Counted from the stretch's first letter, positions 28,350 to 38,411 are shown. The stretch is DNA of 64,000 nt from a bacterium (GCA_030697795.1 JAUYOV010000007.1:9810-73809), one strand, 5' to 3'. The notes: generated by a model from the sequence alone, not told the origin. A program made the numbers and translations.

Positions 28350-28565
28350 TTATTCCATTATCCACTGAACCCTGCCAACGAAACCATCCATTAAGCGAAC
28401 TTTTATGCCCCGCGGATGGTTTTCGCGCGGGCTTAAGATATCTTTGACAATGCCCTGTTTATATTTATTGGTGCCATAATTTTCTTTTTCAATAATCCAA
28501 ACGGCTGTACCCTCTTTTATTTTAGACCGCTCTGGCGGATTAGAATTATCGTGATTATTGTCCAT
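28350..28565 (-). CDS. YwbE-family small protein
   Basis: 'KQGIVKDILS...HPRGIKVRLMDGFVGRVQ' resembles B. subtilis YwbE. Start set at the internal Met; the full ORF extends to 28703. Confidence 0.5.
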   Translation of the reverse strand: MDNNHDNSNPPERSKIKEGTAVWIIEKENYGTNKYKQGIVKDILSPRENHPRGIKVRLMDGFVGRVQWIME

Positions 28566-28668
28566 GACAATTTTTATCCTTCGACTTCGCTCAAGACTGC
28601 GAAATATCACTGACCGTGACATTTCTTGTGTTTCTTTCCACTGCCACGCCAGCCAAGGTCGCTTAGAA

Positions 28669-28908
28669 TTAAACTTTGTAAGTATTTTCATTGCGGCGCT
28701 CAATAGTAAGAATGGAAATATCTTTTCCTTCTTTAATAAAAAGAATCCTTATTTTGCCCTTGCGAATTCTAAAAATATTTTGATGCCCGCTTAATTTTTT
28801 AATATCTAAATTGCGCCAATCTAAAGAGATAACTCTTTTAATCAGAATTTCTATAATCCTTCTTTCTTCTTTGTTAAATTTAGAAAGAAGTTTTTTAAGT
28901 CTGGGCAT
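28669..28908 (-). CDS. RelE/ParE-family toxin
   Basis: 'SGHQNIFRIRKGKIRILF' motif. Overlaps the upstream antitoxin by 14 bp. Confidence 0.6.
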   Translation of the reverse strand: MPRLKKLLSKFNKEERRIIEILIKRVISLDWRNLDIKKLSGHQNIFRIRKGKIRILFIKEGKDISILTIERRNENTYKV

Positions 28909-29134
28909 TCAATTTGCGAAGTTCTGCTAGAATTTCTCTGGCAGCTAAGCCATTTTTGTTTATTTTTGTAAAGTCAACAATGGTTTCCCATTGTTCTTCT
29001 GCTTCAGGAGGTACAATCTTAAAAACCGGTTTTGATTTCCTAACAACAGTAAAAGATTTACCCTTATCAATTTGAGAAATATAAATATCTAAGTTTTCCC
29101 TTAATTCTTTTAAGCCAACGATGGTGTTTTTCAT
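28895..29134 (-). CDS. Phd/YefM-family antitoxin
   Basis: 'IVGLKELRENLDIYISQIDKGKSFTVVRKSKPVFKIVP' pattern. Confidence 0.6.
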   Translation of the reverse strand: MKNTIVGLKELRENLDIYISQIDKGKSFTVVRKSKPVFKIVPPEAEEQWETIVDFTKINKNGLAAREILAELRKLNAQT

Positions 29135-29191
29135 ATATCTAAAGTTTATCTAAAGATAAACTTATCGTCAATAGCCTTACAGTGGGGCGCC

Positions 29192-31906
29192 TCATTTGCC
29201 ATGACAATTTTTATACTTAATTGATCTTCCGTCTGACTTGGTCGCTCCGCATGAGCAAGGATCGTTTCTGCCAATTTTTTCGGCAGAGACAGCTTGCCTG
29301 AAACTAGGCAAGCTGTTTTCAGACTTATTATATTGAATCTGCCTAGTTTCTTGCCTTTGCATAACTCCAACTTTAAATATAAGCCCAGCTACTTGGCTTT
29401 CCATATTAGAAATAAGCCCTTTAAACATTCGGTGGCCTTCGGTTTTGTATTCCACCAAAGGATCGCGCTGGCCATAGGCGCGTAAACCCACTGAATCGCG
29501 CAAATGTTCCATTTCGTCTAAGTGATCCATCCAAAGTTCGTCTAGCGTTCGTAAAAAAATCAACTTTTCTATGCTACGCATTTGCTCTTCACCAATTTCT
29601 TTTTCTTTTTCGCTATAAAACTTTTTAACAAAATCTTTTAATGTTTTCGATATTTTTTGGGCATCACCCGCCAAACTTTCTACTTCTGTTTTTACAGAAT
29701 CAGTCGGCATGATTCTGGCCATACTTTCTAGAACACCAGCCACATCTATATTATTTGTTTCAATGGAAGTGTTGGCAGAAATTGCTAATTCTATTTCGGC
29801 CTCTAAAACTTCTAAAACTTTTTCTTTGCTTTCATTTTTAAATTCTGGGCTTATAAATTCTTTTCTTGTTTTATAAACAACATCACGGTGCTTGGTCATT
29901 ACTTCGTCGTATTCTAAAACGTGTTTACGCATATCAAAGTGATATCCTTCTATTTTTGTTTGGGCCGATTCTATGGCGCGAGACACGAGCGAGCTTTGTA
30001 TGGCTTCATCTTCGGGAATATTAAAACGAGTCATCATGTTTTTGATTCGCTCGCCCCCAAAAACACGCATCAAATCGTCCTCCAAAGAAACAAAAAATTG
30101 AGATTCTCCCGAGTCACCCTGCCGGCCGGCACGACCGCGTAATTGATTATCTATTCTACGAGCCTCGTGTCTTTCTGTGCCTAATACAAATAAACCACCC
30201 GCCTCGCGAACTTTTTTAGCGTCCTCCGTATCTACTGGGTTTCCACCAAGAATAATATCTACACCTCGGCCGGCAATATTTGTAGCCAAAGTTACAGAAC
30301 CAGTTTTTCCGGCTTGCGCAATTATTTGAGCTTCGGCTTCGTGATTCTTAGCGTTTAAAACTTTATGCGGTATGCCTATTTGGTTTAACAGCGCGCTTAA
30401 ATGTTCGTTTTTTTCTATGGAACCCGTGCCCAAAAGAACGGGCTGGCCTTTTTCGTGTAATTCTTTTACTTTACGTAATACTGCTTGAAATTTTCCTTTT
30501 TCCGAACGATATATTAAATCGGCTTCGTCCTTACGCACCATGGGCTTATGGGTTGGAATAGTAGCTACATCCAAACCATAAACTTTATGAAATTCTTCTT
30601 GAGAGGTTGTGGCCGTACCCGACATACCCGCTATTTTTTTATACAGCCGAAAATAGTTTTGGAAGGTTATAGTAGCCACGGTACGCGATTCCCTTTTTAC
30701 CGCCACGCCTTCTTTAGCTTCTATGGCTTGGTGCAAACCTTCCGAATACCTGCGACCCGGCATTAAACGGCCAGTAAATTCATCTACAATAATCACTTCG
30801 CCCTCTTTTACTATGTAATCTTTGTCGCGTTTAAAAAGAACTTGGGCGCGCAAAGCTTGTTCTAAATGATGCACTAATCTGATACCACCCCCCGGAACGT
30901 TTGACGTTTCTTCTTCGTATAAGTTTTTAACACCTAAAAATTCCTCTACTTTGGTAATGCCTTCTTGAGTTAAAGTGGCTGACCTACGTTTTTCGTCTAA
31001 AATATAATCTTCAACATTGTTTAATTTTGGCACAATGCGCGCAAATTTTTGATAGAGCGCGCCTGATTCTTCGTCGGGTTGAGAAATTATTAATGGAGTT
31101 CTAGCTTCATCTATTAAAATACTATCAACTTCGTCCACGATAGCAAACCTCCACGAGCCCTCCTCGTTACTTCTTTGAGATAAATCTTTTGTTTCATAAA
31201 CTAAATTATCACGCAAATAATCAAAACCATATTCATTGTTGGTGCCATAAGTAATATCGGTTCTGTAAGCTTCTTTTTTCTGGCACGGCCTTAAAAATTC
31301 ATATACAACTTTAAAACTGCCTAGAATATCCCGCTTTTTATCTTCTTCATCAGTTTTTAAATTTGAATTGTCATTTTGATTTTTTATTTTTGATTTTTGA
31401 TTTTCGTGATCTTGATCATAAATATAGCTATTATCATGATTCACACACCCAACCGTAAGCCCAAGCGCATCATATATCTGCCCCATCCACACCGCATCGC
31501 GCCGTGCTAAATAATCATTAACTGTAACCAAATGAACACCTTTGCCTTCTAAAGCATTAAGATATACAGCTAAAGTGGCGGTTAAAGTTTTGCCTTCACC
31601 TGTTCGCATCTCGGCAATTTTACCTTCGTGTAAAGCTATGCCGCCAATCAACTGCACATCAAAATGACGTTGTCCAAGTGTTCGAACAGAGGCTTCGCGA
31701 CAAGTCGCAAAAGCATCTGGTAAAATCTGATTTAAAGTTTCTCCTTTTTCTAAGCGCTGTTTGAATTCTTGAGTTTTGTTTTTTAATTCTTCGTTAGATA
31801 GTTTTTTGTATTCCGGCTCTAAAGCGTTTATTTTATGAACAGCAACAGAAGCTCGTTTTAAAAAACGAGAATTATCATCACCAAAAATTTTACTAAATAT
31901 TGCCAT
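29192..31906 (-). CDS. secA: preprotein translocase ATPase SecA
   Basis: 904 aa. DEAD-like motor, preprotein-binding domain, and a C-terminal zinc finger 'CSCGATKSDGRSIKYKNCHG'. Confidence 0.95.
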   Translation of the reverse strand: MAIFSKIFGDDNSRFLKRASVAVHKINALEPEYKKLSNEELKNKTQEFKQRLEKGETLNQILPDAFATCREASVRTLGQRHFDVQLIGGIALHEGKIAEMRTGEGKTLTATLAVYLNALEGKGVHLVTVNDYLARRDAVWMGQIYDALGLTVGCVNHDNSYIYDQDHENQKSKIKNQNDNSNLKTDEEDKKRDILGSFKVVYEFLRPCQKKEAYRTDITYGTNNEYGFDYLRDNLVYETKDLSQRSNEEGSWRFAIVDEVDSILIDEARTPLIISQPDEESGALYQKFARIVPKLNNVEDYILDEKRRSATLTQEGITKVEEFLGVKNLYEEETSNVPGGGIRLVHHLEQALRAQVLFKRDKDYIVKEGEVIIVDEFTGRLMPGRRYSEGLHQAIEAKEGVAVKRESRTVATITFQNYFRLYKKIAGMSGTATTSQEEFHKVYGLDVATIPTHKPMVRKDEADLIYRSEKGKFQAVLRKVKELHEKGQPVLLGTGSIEKNEHLSALLNQIGIPHKVLNAKNHEAEAQIIAQAGKTGSVTLATNIAGRGVDIILGGNPVDTEDAKKVREAGGLFVLGTERHEARRIDNQLRGRAGRQGDSGESQFFVSLEDDLMRVFGGERIKNMMTRFNIPEDEAIQSSLVSRAIESAQTKIEGYHFDMRKHVLEYDEVMTKHRDVVYKTRKEFISPEFKNESKEKVLEVLEAEIELAISANTSIETNNIDVAGVLESMARIMPTDSVKTEVESLAGDAQKISKTLKDFVKKFYSEKEKEIGEEQMRSIEKLIFLRTLDELWMDHLDEMEHLRDSVGLRAYGQRDPLVEYKTEGHRMFKGLISNMESQVAGLIFKVGVMQRQETRQIQYNKSENSLPSFRQAVSAEKIGRNDPCSCGATKSDGRSIKYKNCHGK

Positions 31907-32362
31907 AAGCTATCTTTTAAATCTTTTAAGCCCACGTTTGACGTGGTCATTTTCACTGCCAAAAATGTTAGAAAATACTGACATATGAATCAATTCCAGA
32001 CTATATAATTACCACAATTTACGCAAATTTGACATACCTAAACCACACCTGCTACACTGTAACCATCATCATGAAGAAGACCCTTGTAGGGTTTCGTCCC
32101 TACTGGGGGCTTTTTCTTTTTATGGTCTTTTCTCTAATTTTTTACGTTGAGTATCTAAATATAAAATATGTAGGCAAAATTATTATGTTCATTAATCATA
32201 ATCAACCCTATTAAGATAGCGGATTTCAGACAAAATTAAAACCCCGACGTGTATTTGAAGTGTGGGGTTTGAGTACTTTGCACAAATTATTCCAAGGACT
32301 TTATACTATTCTTTCTGCTCTGTTTTTTCTTTATTTTCTAATTCAACATCGTTGTTATCAAA

Positions 32363-32512
32363 TTATTTTTTTATTGCTTTCCACGATAAATCAAAAACAA
32401 TCTCAAATCTTTTTATGGCCGAATCTCTGACTATATCGTCCTTGGGTTTTTCCATAACTTCTTCCAACCGAGCCAAAGCAGATTCAAATTGGTTTAATAT
32501 GGCAATATATTT
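32363..32512 (-). pseudogene. HEPN (HI0074-type) toxin remnant, truncated after about 50 codons
   Basis: Translation 'KYIAILNQFESALARLEEVMEKPKDDIVRDSAIKRFEIVFDLSWKAIKK*' matches the HI0074/HEPN N-terminus and then stops. Overlaps the 3' end of the MNT gene in another frame. Confidence 0.35.
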
Positions 32513-32514
32513 TG

Positions 32515-32847
32515 TCACTTTATTTTTAGTTCTTCTATTTTTTCTAAAGCCACCTGCCGAAACTGATCGGATATATCTTTAAAATCCACCACATCTATTT
32601 TATAAAGCACGGGCAGATTATCTAGTTCGTCCTTAATATCCAACAGCGCGCCCAACGGCACAGGATTTAGGCCATCAATACCCACATCTATGTCCGACCT
32701 GTCATCGCCGCCACCCGAAACCCGCGAACCAAAAAAGAAAACTTTATATTGGGATAAATCCAGATGTTTACCTACGATTTTTATTATCTGATCCTTTAAT
32801 TTCTCTGAAGGATAGTTCTCTAATCTCATATTACGACCATACCACAA
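32515..32847 (-). CDS. MNT-type nucleotidyltransferase (antitoxin of a HEPN/MNT pair)
   Basis: 'FFFGSRVSGGGDDRSDIDVGI' minimal NTase motif. Confidence 0.65.
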   Translation of the reverse strand: MWYGRNMRLENYPSEKLKDQIIKIVGKHLDLSQYKVFFFGSRVSGGGDDRSDIDVGIDGLNPVPLGALLDIKDELDNLPVLYKIDVVDFKDISDQFRQVALEKIEELKIK

Positions 32848-32945
32848 AACATAAATCTAGGCAAAATTAAAACCCTGCTCCGACATAAAAATTGAAACGG
32901 GGAAATAAAAGAGCGCTCCGATTTATTCGGAGCGCCATATATTAC

Positions 32946-33620
32946 TTAACACCTTGCTTCTTCGATGAGACCATCGTCGAATTCGTGATCAACCAGTTTT
33001 TCTGACAACATCACCAGATTGCGTGCAGCTAAGCGAATCGTATTCTCTATCCACTCAAACTTCCGTTCGCCTATCAAACGCAGGCCCACACGAGCTATTG
33101 GACGTTTGAGTATAGATGGTTCAAATATCATTCCCCATGGGACACAAAATAGTCCCATGTGATTCAACGCCCAGTTTACTTGCGATAGAGCCATAGCCGC
33201 CCCATCGCCATCTTGCGAGGCAATGAGTGCAAACGGCTTGCCAGCCAATGGTTCTTTACCGTACTTCTTCCAGATTTCATCTTGGTTATTTTCTATAGCT
33301 GTCATTTTACCAAGAAGAGTAGAAAGAAGAGAGGATGATCCACCCCAGTGAACCGGTGTAGCAATCGCCAATGCGTCAACCTGAATGATTTTTTCCAAAA
33401 CCAACTGGGTATCATCTATATCTTTGTGGATACATGGAAAAGTGCAAAGCCATGGCTTCTTGGAATAACAACCTTCACAAGGAAGGATTTTTTTCTCCTG
33501 AAGCCTCAAAAGTTCTACTTCTGCTCCGAATCCCTTAGCGTGATTCAACAACTGAACTAAAAGCTGTTCACTGCGGCTACCCGACTCGCGTGGACTTGCG
33601 CTGATACCTAGAAGTTTCAT
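32946..33620 (-). CDS. flavodoxin-fold NADPH-dependent FMN reductase / iron-sulfur flavoprotein-like protein
   Basis: 'MKLLGISASPR' start with a 'CEGC...C...C' cysteine cluster. GC-richer than flanks. Confidence 0.5.
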   Translation of the reverse strand: MKLLGISASPRESGSRSEQLLVQLLNHAKGFGAEVELLRLQEKKILPCEGCYSKKPWLCTFPCIHKDIDDTQLVLEKIIQVDALAIATPVHWGGSSSLLSTLLGKMTAIENNQDEIWKKYGKEPLAGKPFALIASQDGDGAAMALSQVNWALNHMGLFCVPWGMIFEPSILKRPIARVGLRLIGERKFEWIENTIRLAARNLVMLSEKLVDHEFDDGLIEEARC

Positions 33621-33723
33621 TCTTTATAAACCTCCTAATATATGGGAAAGAACATTATTTTCTGATGTTCTTATTATATCAAGAAACTCTAGATATTGTC
33701 AATAGACGTTAAACTAGGCTTAT

Positions 33724-34953
33724 TTACTCAATTTTATCCTTACCATTTTTGTCATCACTGCTATGACCATTCCCGTTTCCATTACTAGCTACTTCCCCAT
33801 TTGGCCCGTTTATCTTTTTACCATCTTCGTAAATCCAGATTTTATTTTTACCCAGTTCGGCAAAAAATGGTTCGGGTGGCACTACAAATTCTGGCGAGTA
33901 TACACCTTTTTCCGTTATTTCGTTGTTTAAAATCATTCTAGCCAATATCGCCGCAGGAAAACCAGTGTCTATATTGCAAGTCGCCTTTTCCCAACCCGGC
34001 AAAGTTCCCGCAGTAGCGTCCATTTCCACTGTTTTTGGTTTACCGTCTTTTGTGCCAATAACTTTAAGAAATAAATTTTCTTTTTCGGTGTAGCCTTCCG
34101 GCACGGGAATTCGGCGTAAAACTTCTATAGTAAAATCTAACGGCCTAATATTAACGCTATCTATGGTTATCGCCTCTTTGCTCATAAACCCTAAACCAAT
34201 TAAAGCCTTTAGGGCGGTATAGGAATGCGTAGGAAAACTAGAAAGCACAATTATATTTTTTATGCCCACATCTTTTAAATATTCATAAAAACTATGATGT
34301 TCAATGTGTTTGGTATATTGAGTCTTTTGCTTGCCGATAGTTTTATAGTAATAACTTATGTCGCATTCGTTGGGTTGCTTTAAAACATATTCGCCGTTTT
34401 CAAAAATTTTGGCTTGTTCGCTAAATTCATAAGCAATAGCATCTATAGAAAAAGGCGTCACAAAAACCGGCTGGTTGGAATCCCAGGCAAAACCCACATG
34501 CACAGTTTCTATGCTATCGAACTGCGGTTTTAAATAGCGAAGCATTATATTGGTAATGCCGGGAGTTGAACCTATGCCAGTTATGGCTATGGTGTTTTTT
34601 TCTTTAAATTCTTTATCTAGTTTTAGCTGTTCATAAAACATGGGCTCTTCGGAGCCTAAATCTAAATAGTTCATACCTAAATCCAGAGCCATCTTGGTAA
34701 CAGCCATATTAAAATCATCAACGGCACAGTTTATTAAAACAGTGGATCCGCTTTTTTTAACCACTCTTTTAACCCGATCCATTTTGCGCAAATCAACCAA
34801 AGCAAAATCAGCTTTAGGGTGCTCTATTATTTCTTCTATGCCATAATCGTCGTTCGCGCACAACAAAACACTATGATCATTCTCTAATAAAAACTTAGAA
34901 ACAATTCTCCCCTGCATGCCGTTGGCGCCGATGACCACAAAATCATACTTCAT
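33724..34953 (-). CDS. saccharopine dehydrogenase-family NAD(P)-binding protein (possible carboxy(nor)spermidine dehydrogenase)
   Basis: N-terminal Rossmann 'VVIGANGMQGRIV'. Length and architecture fit the Sacchrp_dh family. Confidence 0.55.
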   Translation of the reverse strand: MKYDFVVIGANGMQGRIVSKFLLENDHSVLLCANDDYGIEEIIEHPKADFALVDLRKMDRVKRVVKKSGSTVLINCAVDDFNMAVTKMALDLGMNYLDLGSEEPMFYEQLKLDKEFKEKNTIAITGIGSTPGITNIMLRYLKPQFDSIETVHVGFAWDSNQPVFVTPFSIDAIAYEFSEQAKIFENGEYVLKQPNECDISYYYKTIGKQKTQYTKHIEHHSFYEYLKDVGIKNIIVLSSFPTHSYTALKALIGLGFMSKEAITIDSVNIRPLDFTIEVLRRIPVPEGYTEKENLFLKVIGTKDGKPKTVEMDATAGTLPGWEKATCNIDTGFPAAILARMILNNEITEKGVYSPEFVVPPEPFFAELGKNKIWIYEDGKKINGPNGEVASNGNGNGHSSDDKNGKDKIE

Positions 34954-35164
34954 TTTTTATTTTTGTTTAACAAAAAATTAATTTACTTTAATAATATATA
35001 AATAAATTTATAATTACAATAGAAAAAACCCAAAAAATATTTTGAGGGTTATAGGTTACAAAACAAAACATTGTTCCGAGCAGCATTATGGAGAAGACTA
35101 TTTGATATAAATAAAGAGGCTCCATATCGTCTGTGAGGAATAATGTTTTGTTTTTACATAAACC

Positions 35165-35560
35165 TTATTTTTTTCTGAATTTAAATTCCCTAAACCTTGC
35201 AAGCGGCGAAAGTCTTAAAAATTTAGAAATTGACCTTGCGCCTCGGCGAAAAACAGTTTCTTTTTTACCTTTAAATTTTAACACTCCACTTCTTAATTCA
35301 TCTCTAACTTCATCTAGCGCCGCCTGAACGCTAAAAGATTCGGCTCGCGCCCGCAATAAATTTTTTCCAATATTTACGTTGGCCTCTGCAAAAAAAACTT
35401 CGCCTTTATTATGATGGAAAGTGCTTCGGCCAACTTCTACTCTCATTTCTACTTCGCCTAAACCCTGAAACAACCTATCTAGAGGCGTTAAAGCAGAATT
35501 TACATATTCATTTATAGATGGTGTTAAAGAAAAATTTGTAGATTTTAATATAATTTTCAT
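35165..35560 (-). CDS. hpf: ribosome hibernation promoting factor (RaiA/HPF, S30AE family)
   Basis: 'MKIILKSTNFSLTPSINEYV...' matches the S30AE fold pattern. Confidence 0.8.
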   Translation of the reverse strand: MKIILKSTNFSLTPSINEYVNSALTPLDRLFQGLGEVEMRVEVGRSTFHHNKGEVFFAEANVNIGKNLLRARAESFSVQAALDEVRDELRSGVLKFKGKKETVFRRGARSISKFLRLSPLARFREFKFRKK

Positions 35561-35561
35561 T

Positions 35562-37109
35562 TTATTGAGTTTTTCTAGCTAATTTTATATAAGCCAACCC
35601 CATAACCAAGCCTAAACTCAATACTCCAATCATCCAGAATAATAACCCGCCAGTCAATTTACTCCAAAACGTGATCCTCTCTTCCTGTTTTTTGTCCAGT
35701 TCAACAAATCCCAAGTCCGAGGCTTCAACTTGGCTATAGAAACTAGCCAAATAATTTTTAGCCGGTAAATTTTCGGGCTTTTGTCTTACTAAATTTGGAA
35801 CTGCCTTTGTATTTTCTAACAAAGCTGCGCCCGAAGAAGTAACAATGTTAGCCCCACCCGGGGTTAGTTCTTTTGTCCAAAAAAATCCGCTTGATGTCCG
35901 GCTGGCTGACGCGCCATAAGTAATTTTTTCAAAAACAACTTCATCTATAACTAAGCTATTGGGATATTTTAGTTTGACTGACCCGAGCGAAGTATCCAAA
36001 TCAGAAATCATTTGAGAAATAACTAAATAGCCTCCTGCAGTAATGATAGAAAACGATGGCAAAATAAAACTCCTTTTTCCACTTTCCAAAATCCACCCAC
36101 TAATATCTAGAGTTGATTTAGTTGGATTAAATATTTCTATCCAAGAAGGAGTTGAAGAAGCCCCGCTCACAAAAACTTCGTTAATGATTGCCTTGCCGCC
36201 AAAAACAAAAGCTCTAATTTGATCTAAGGCTATTTCAGTTCCATTAGAAATTTCTAAAGTAACCAGATAAGTCCCAGAAAATTGATAGCTATATTCTATT
36301 TCTATGCCCTCTTTTACAGAGCCGTCACCTAAATACCATTTATAAGAACTAGCGCCTTCCGATTTTGAAGCATCAAATTTTATTTTTTGATTAGTTTCAG
36401 CTATCACATCTTGCCCTGCCACAGCTTTTAGCAAAATTGCTGGAGTTGACGTGCCGGTAGAAACGCCTGAACCGCCACCGCCCGATAAAATCGGAATTGT
36501 AGTTGATTCTGTGGTTGAGGCTGGCACACTAGGACTCGAAGCAACTCCGCTATTTTGTGCTTTGGGTGTACCAATTATATTTCCGCCATTCGCATCTTTG
36601 CCGTTTTTAGTTACGCTATCATTGGTTTGCCAAGTGCCGTCGGATTTTCTTTCCAGACTGGCTTTAGAAACATTGTCCCCCGCCGGCCAGCCGGCCGAAG
36701 CGTCCAGCGAATCAACTACTGCGCTTGTGGAGTCTTTCAAAACTAAATTTTCACCACTATTATTTAAACCGCTACCCGCGAACGGCCCAAAAATATCGGC
36801 CACAATATCGCTGATACTGTTATCATCAGTGCGTTCAATTAGGTAGTAGCCGAGAGGCGCGATCGTTCCAGAAAGATTAAGAATCAAAGTGGAACCGCCA
36901 GCTTCGTACAAACCCCAGCCGGTAAGATCAATCGCGCTAGACGATGAATTATAAAGTTCAATCCACTCATCGGCGCTATTAGCTGTAGAGCCCATCCAAG
37001 CCACCTCGTTTATTAAAACAGAACCGGCCGCGTTTAACGAGGCCGGTAAAGAAAACAAAAATATGGCGATTAACATCCCAAACATAGACATCAAACGTGG
37101 AAATTTCAT
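35562..37109 (-). CDS. surface protein with two lamin-tail domains, a PKD-like domain and a C-terminal TM anchor
   Basis: 'VLINEVAWMGS...EWIELYN...DLTGWGL' LTD motif, repeated ('AIINEVFVSG...WIEIFNP...DISGWIL'). 'KWYLGDGS...YSYQFSGTYLVTLEI' resembles PKD. Confidence 0.65.
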   Translation of the reverse strand: MKFPRLMSMFGMLIAIFLFSLPASLNAAGSVLINEVAWMGSTANSADEWIELYNSSSSAIDLTGWGLYEAGGSTLILNLSGTIAPLGYYLIERTDDNSISDIVADIFGPFAGSGLNNSGENLVLKDSTSAVVDSLDASAGWPAGDNVSKASLERKSDGTWQTNDSVTKNGKDANGGNIIGTPKAQNSGVASSPSVPASTTESTTIPILSGGGGSGVSTGTSTPAILLKAVAGQDVIAETNQKIKFDASKSEGASSYKWYLGDGSVKEGIEIEYSYQFSGTYLVTLEISNGTEIALDQIRAFVFGGKAIINEVFVSGASSTPSWIEIFNPTKSTLDISGWILESGKRSFILPSFSIITAGGYLVISQMISDLDTSLGSVKLKYPNSLVIDEVVFEKITYGASASRTSSGFFWTKELTPGGANIVTSSGAALLENTKAVPNLVRQKPENLPAKNYLASFYSQVEASDLGFVELDKKQEERITFWSKLTGGLLFWMIGVLSLGLVMGLAYIKLARKTQ

Positions 37110-37375
37110 CTAAAAATATTTCTGATGTTTAATTGATTTCTATTTAGTCCGTCTAATTTTTCTGCGCGAATATCTAAATCTTTTACCACAGTCTCCAAAA
37201 GAGCTTGCCTAAGGCCGGTTGCGGCAGATGTCGCATCAGAAGCTATGGTCATGGTTTGCCAAGCATAAAAATAAAAAACTAATCCCACTAAAAGAGCTAT
37301 TAAACTAGTTAAAATAAAAACTATTTTTAATCCATTTTTTTCTATAAATCTAGCTAAAATTATATTTTTATTCAT
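37106..37375 (-). CDS. small single-TM protein (pilus-cluster associated)
   Basis: 89-aa ORF, translationally coupled to its neighbours. Confidence 0.4.
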   Translation of the reverse strand: MNKNIILARFIEKNGLKIVFILTSLIALLVGLVFYFYAWQTMTIASDATSAATGLRQALLETVVKDLDIRAEKLDGLNRNQLNIRNIFR

Positions 37376-37881
37376 GGTAACTGAATTTGAATATCTAAAT
37401 TTGTTTTAACCTGACCCCCCACACCAGCATCACTCATACTGATACTGATTAATCGCACTAAATAAGGAGAGTTCTCTAACCGAGCAATAAAATTAACCGC
37501 CGCAGAATATGATCCGCCCAAAACTATTTTAAAATTCTGGATATTATCCCCTTCTGAAATATTAGATAAATTTATGGAATTTTCGGTATTTCTGGCCATA
37601 GCTTCTATAAACTCAATAAACTCAACAAATTTATCTTTGTCCACAAAAGAATTATCCAGTCTTTGGCCCAACACTTCTAAAACCTCCCGATCTCTACTTA
37701 TTTGAAACGTGCCCGCTCTTTTAGCGGCCAAAACATTGTATTCATCATTTTTTTGTAAAAAATCTGTTTTAGCTCTTACAATCATGAACCAAAATATAAA
37801 TATTAAGCCCAGCGCCACAAAAATTAGAGTGGTAACAGCCCAAAAAGATTTAGCAAAATATAATAAAGTATTTTTATCCAT
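37372..37881 (-). CDS. PilO-like type IV pilus assembly protein
   Basis: N-terminal TM, about 170 aa, positioned after PilN-like and PilM. Confidence 0.45.
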   Translation of the reverse strand: MDKNTLLYFAKSFWAVTTLIFVALGLIFIFWFMIVRAKTDFLQKNDEYNVLAAKRAGTFQISRDREVLEVLGQRLDNSFVDKDKFVEFIEFIEAMARNTENSINLSNISEGDNIQNFKIVLGGSYSAAVNFIARLENSPYLVRLISISMSDAGVGGQVKTNLDIQIQLP

Positions 37882-38411
37882 TATTTAAAATAAAAAGAGA
37901 AATTAAAAGACGGATTATTTTTTTGCAAATAATTAGTTAAGGGCGAATCAAGCTTTTCAAAATATTCCGACTTTTTTATCTTATCTTCCATATAAACAAT
38001 ATCTTCTCTCTGGCCAGCCTGACCCGCCAGTATTATTTTTTTTGAACCCGTCTCAATATTTAACGATGTTAAAGCTATAGTATGCGGCATAAGGTCTGAA
38101 ACCCTAGACAAAACTGCACCTAGGTTCGTACCACTCTCTCTAAAAGATTGATACTTAGCTAATTGTAAATTTAATTTCTTTACATCGCCTTCTAAACTCC
38201 TAGCTCGATCAGCCTCGACTGTGGTAGTTTCCAAATTAATACTTTGATTTAATTCTCCTGACTGAATCTTAAGAAAAACCAAAGTGTTTAACATAAAAAT
38301 CGCGCCACCAAAAAAAACAATGGCAATTATAAATACAAAAGCATGCAACTGTCTTCTTAAAAGCAGGTTATGTATATTTTCTTTTTCTTGGGGTGGTAAT
38401 AAGTTTATCAA
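37881..38411 (-). CDS. PilN-like type IV pilus assembly protein
   Basis: N-terminal TM plus coiled coil, immediately downstream of pilM. Confidence 0.5.
   Translation of the reverse strand: MINLLPPQEKENIHNLLLRRQLHAFVFIIAIVFFGGAIFMLNTLVFLKIQSGELNQSINLETTTVEADRARSLEGDVKKLNLQLAKYQSFRESGTNLGAVLSRVSDLMPHTIALTSLNIETGSKKIILAGQAGQREDIVYMEDKIKKSEYFEKLDSPLTNYLQKNNPSFNFSFYFK

Noticed and set aside
29146-30766. Small plus-strand and overlapping ORFs (29146-29370, 29294-29485, 29921-30142, 30548-30766) inside secA
   Set aside because: They are entirely within or antisense to secA and have no features.
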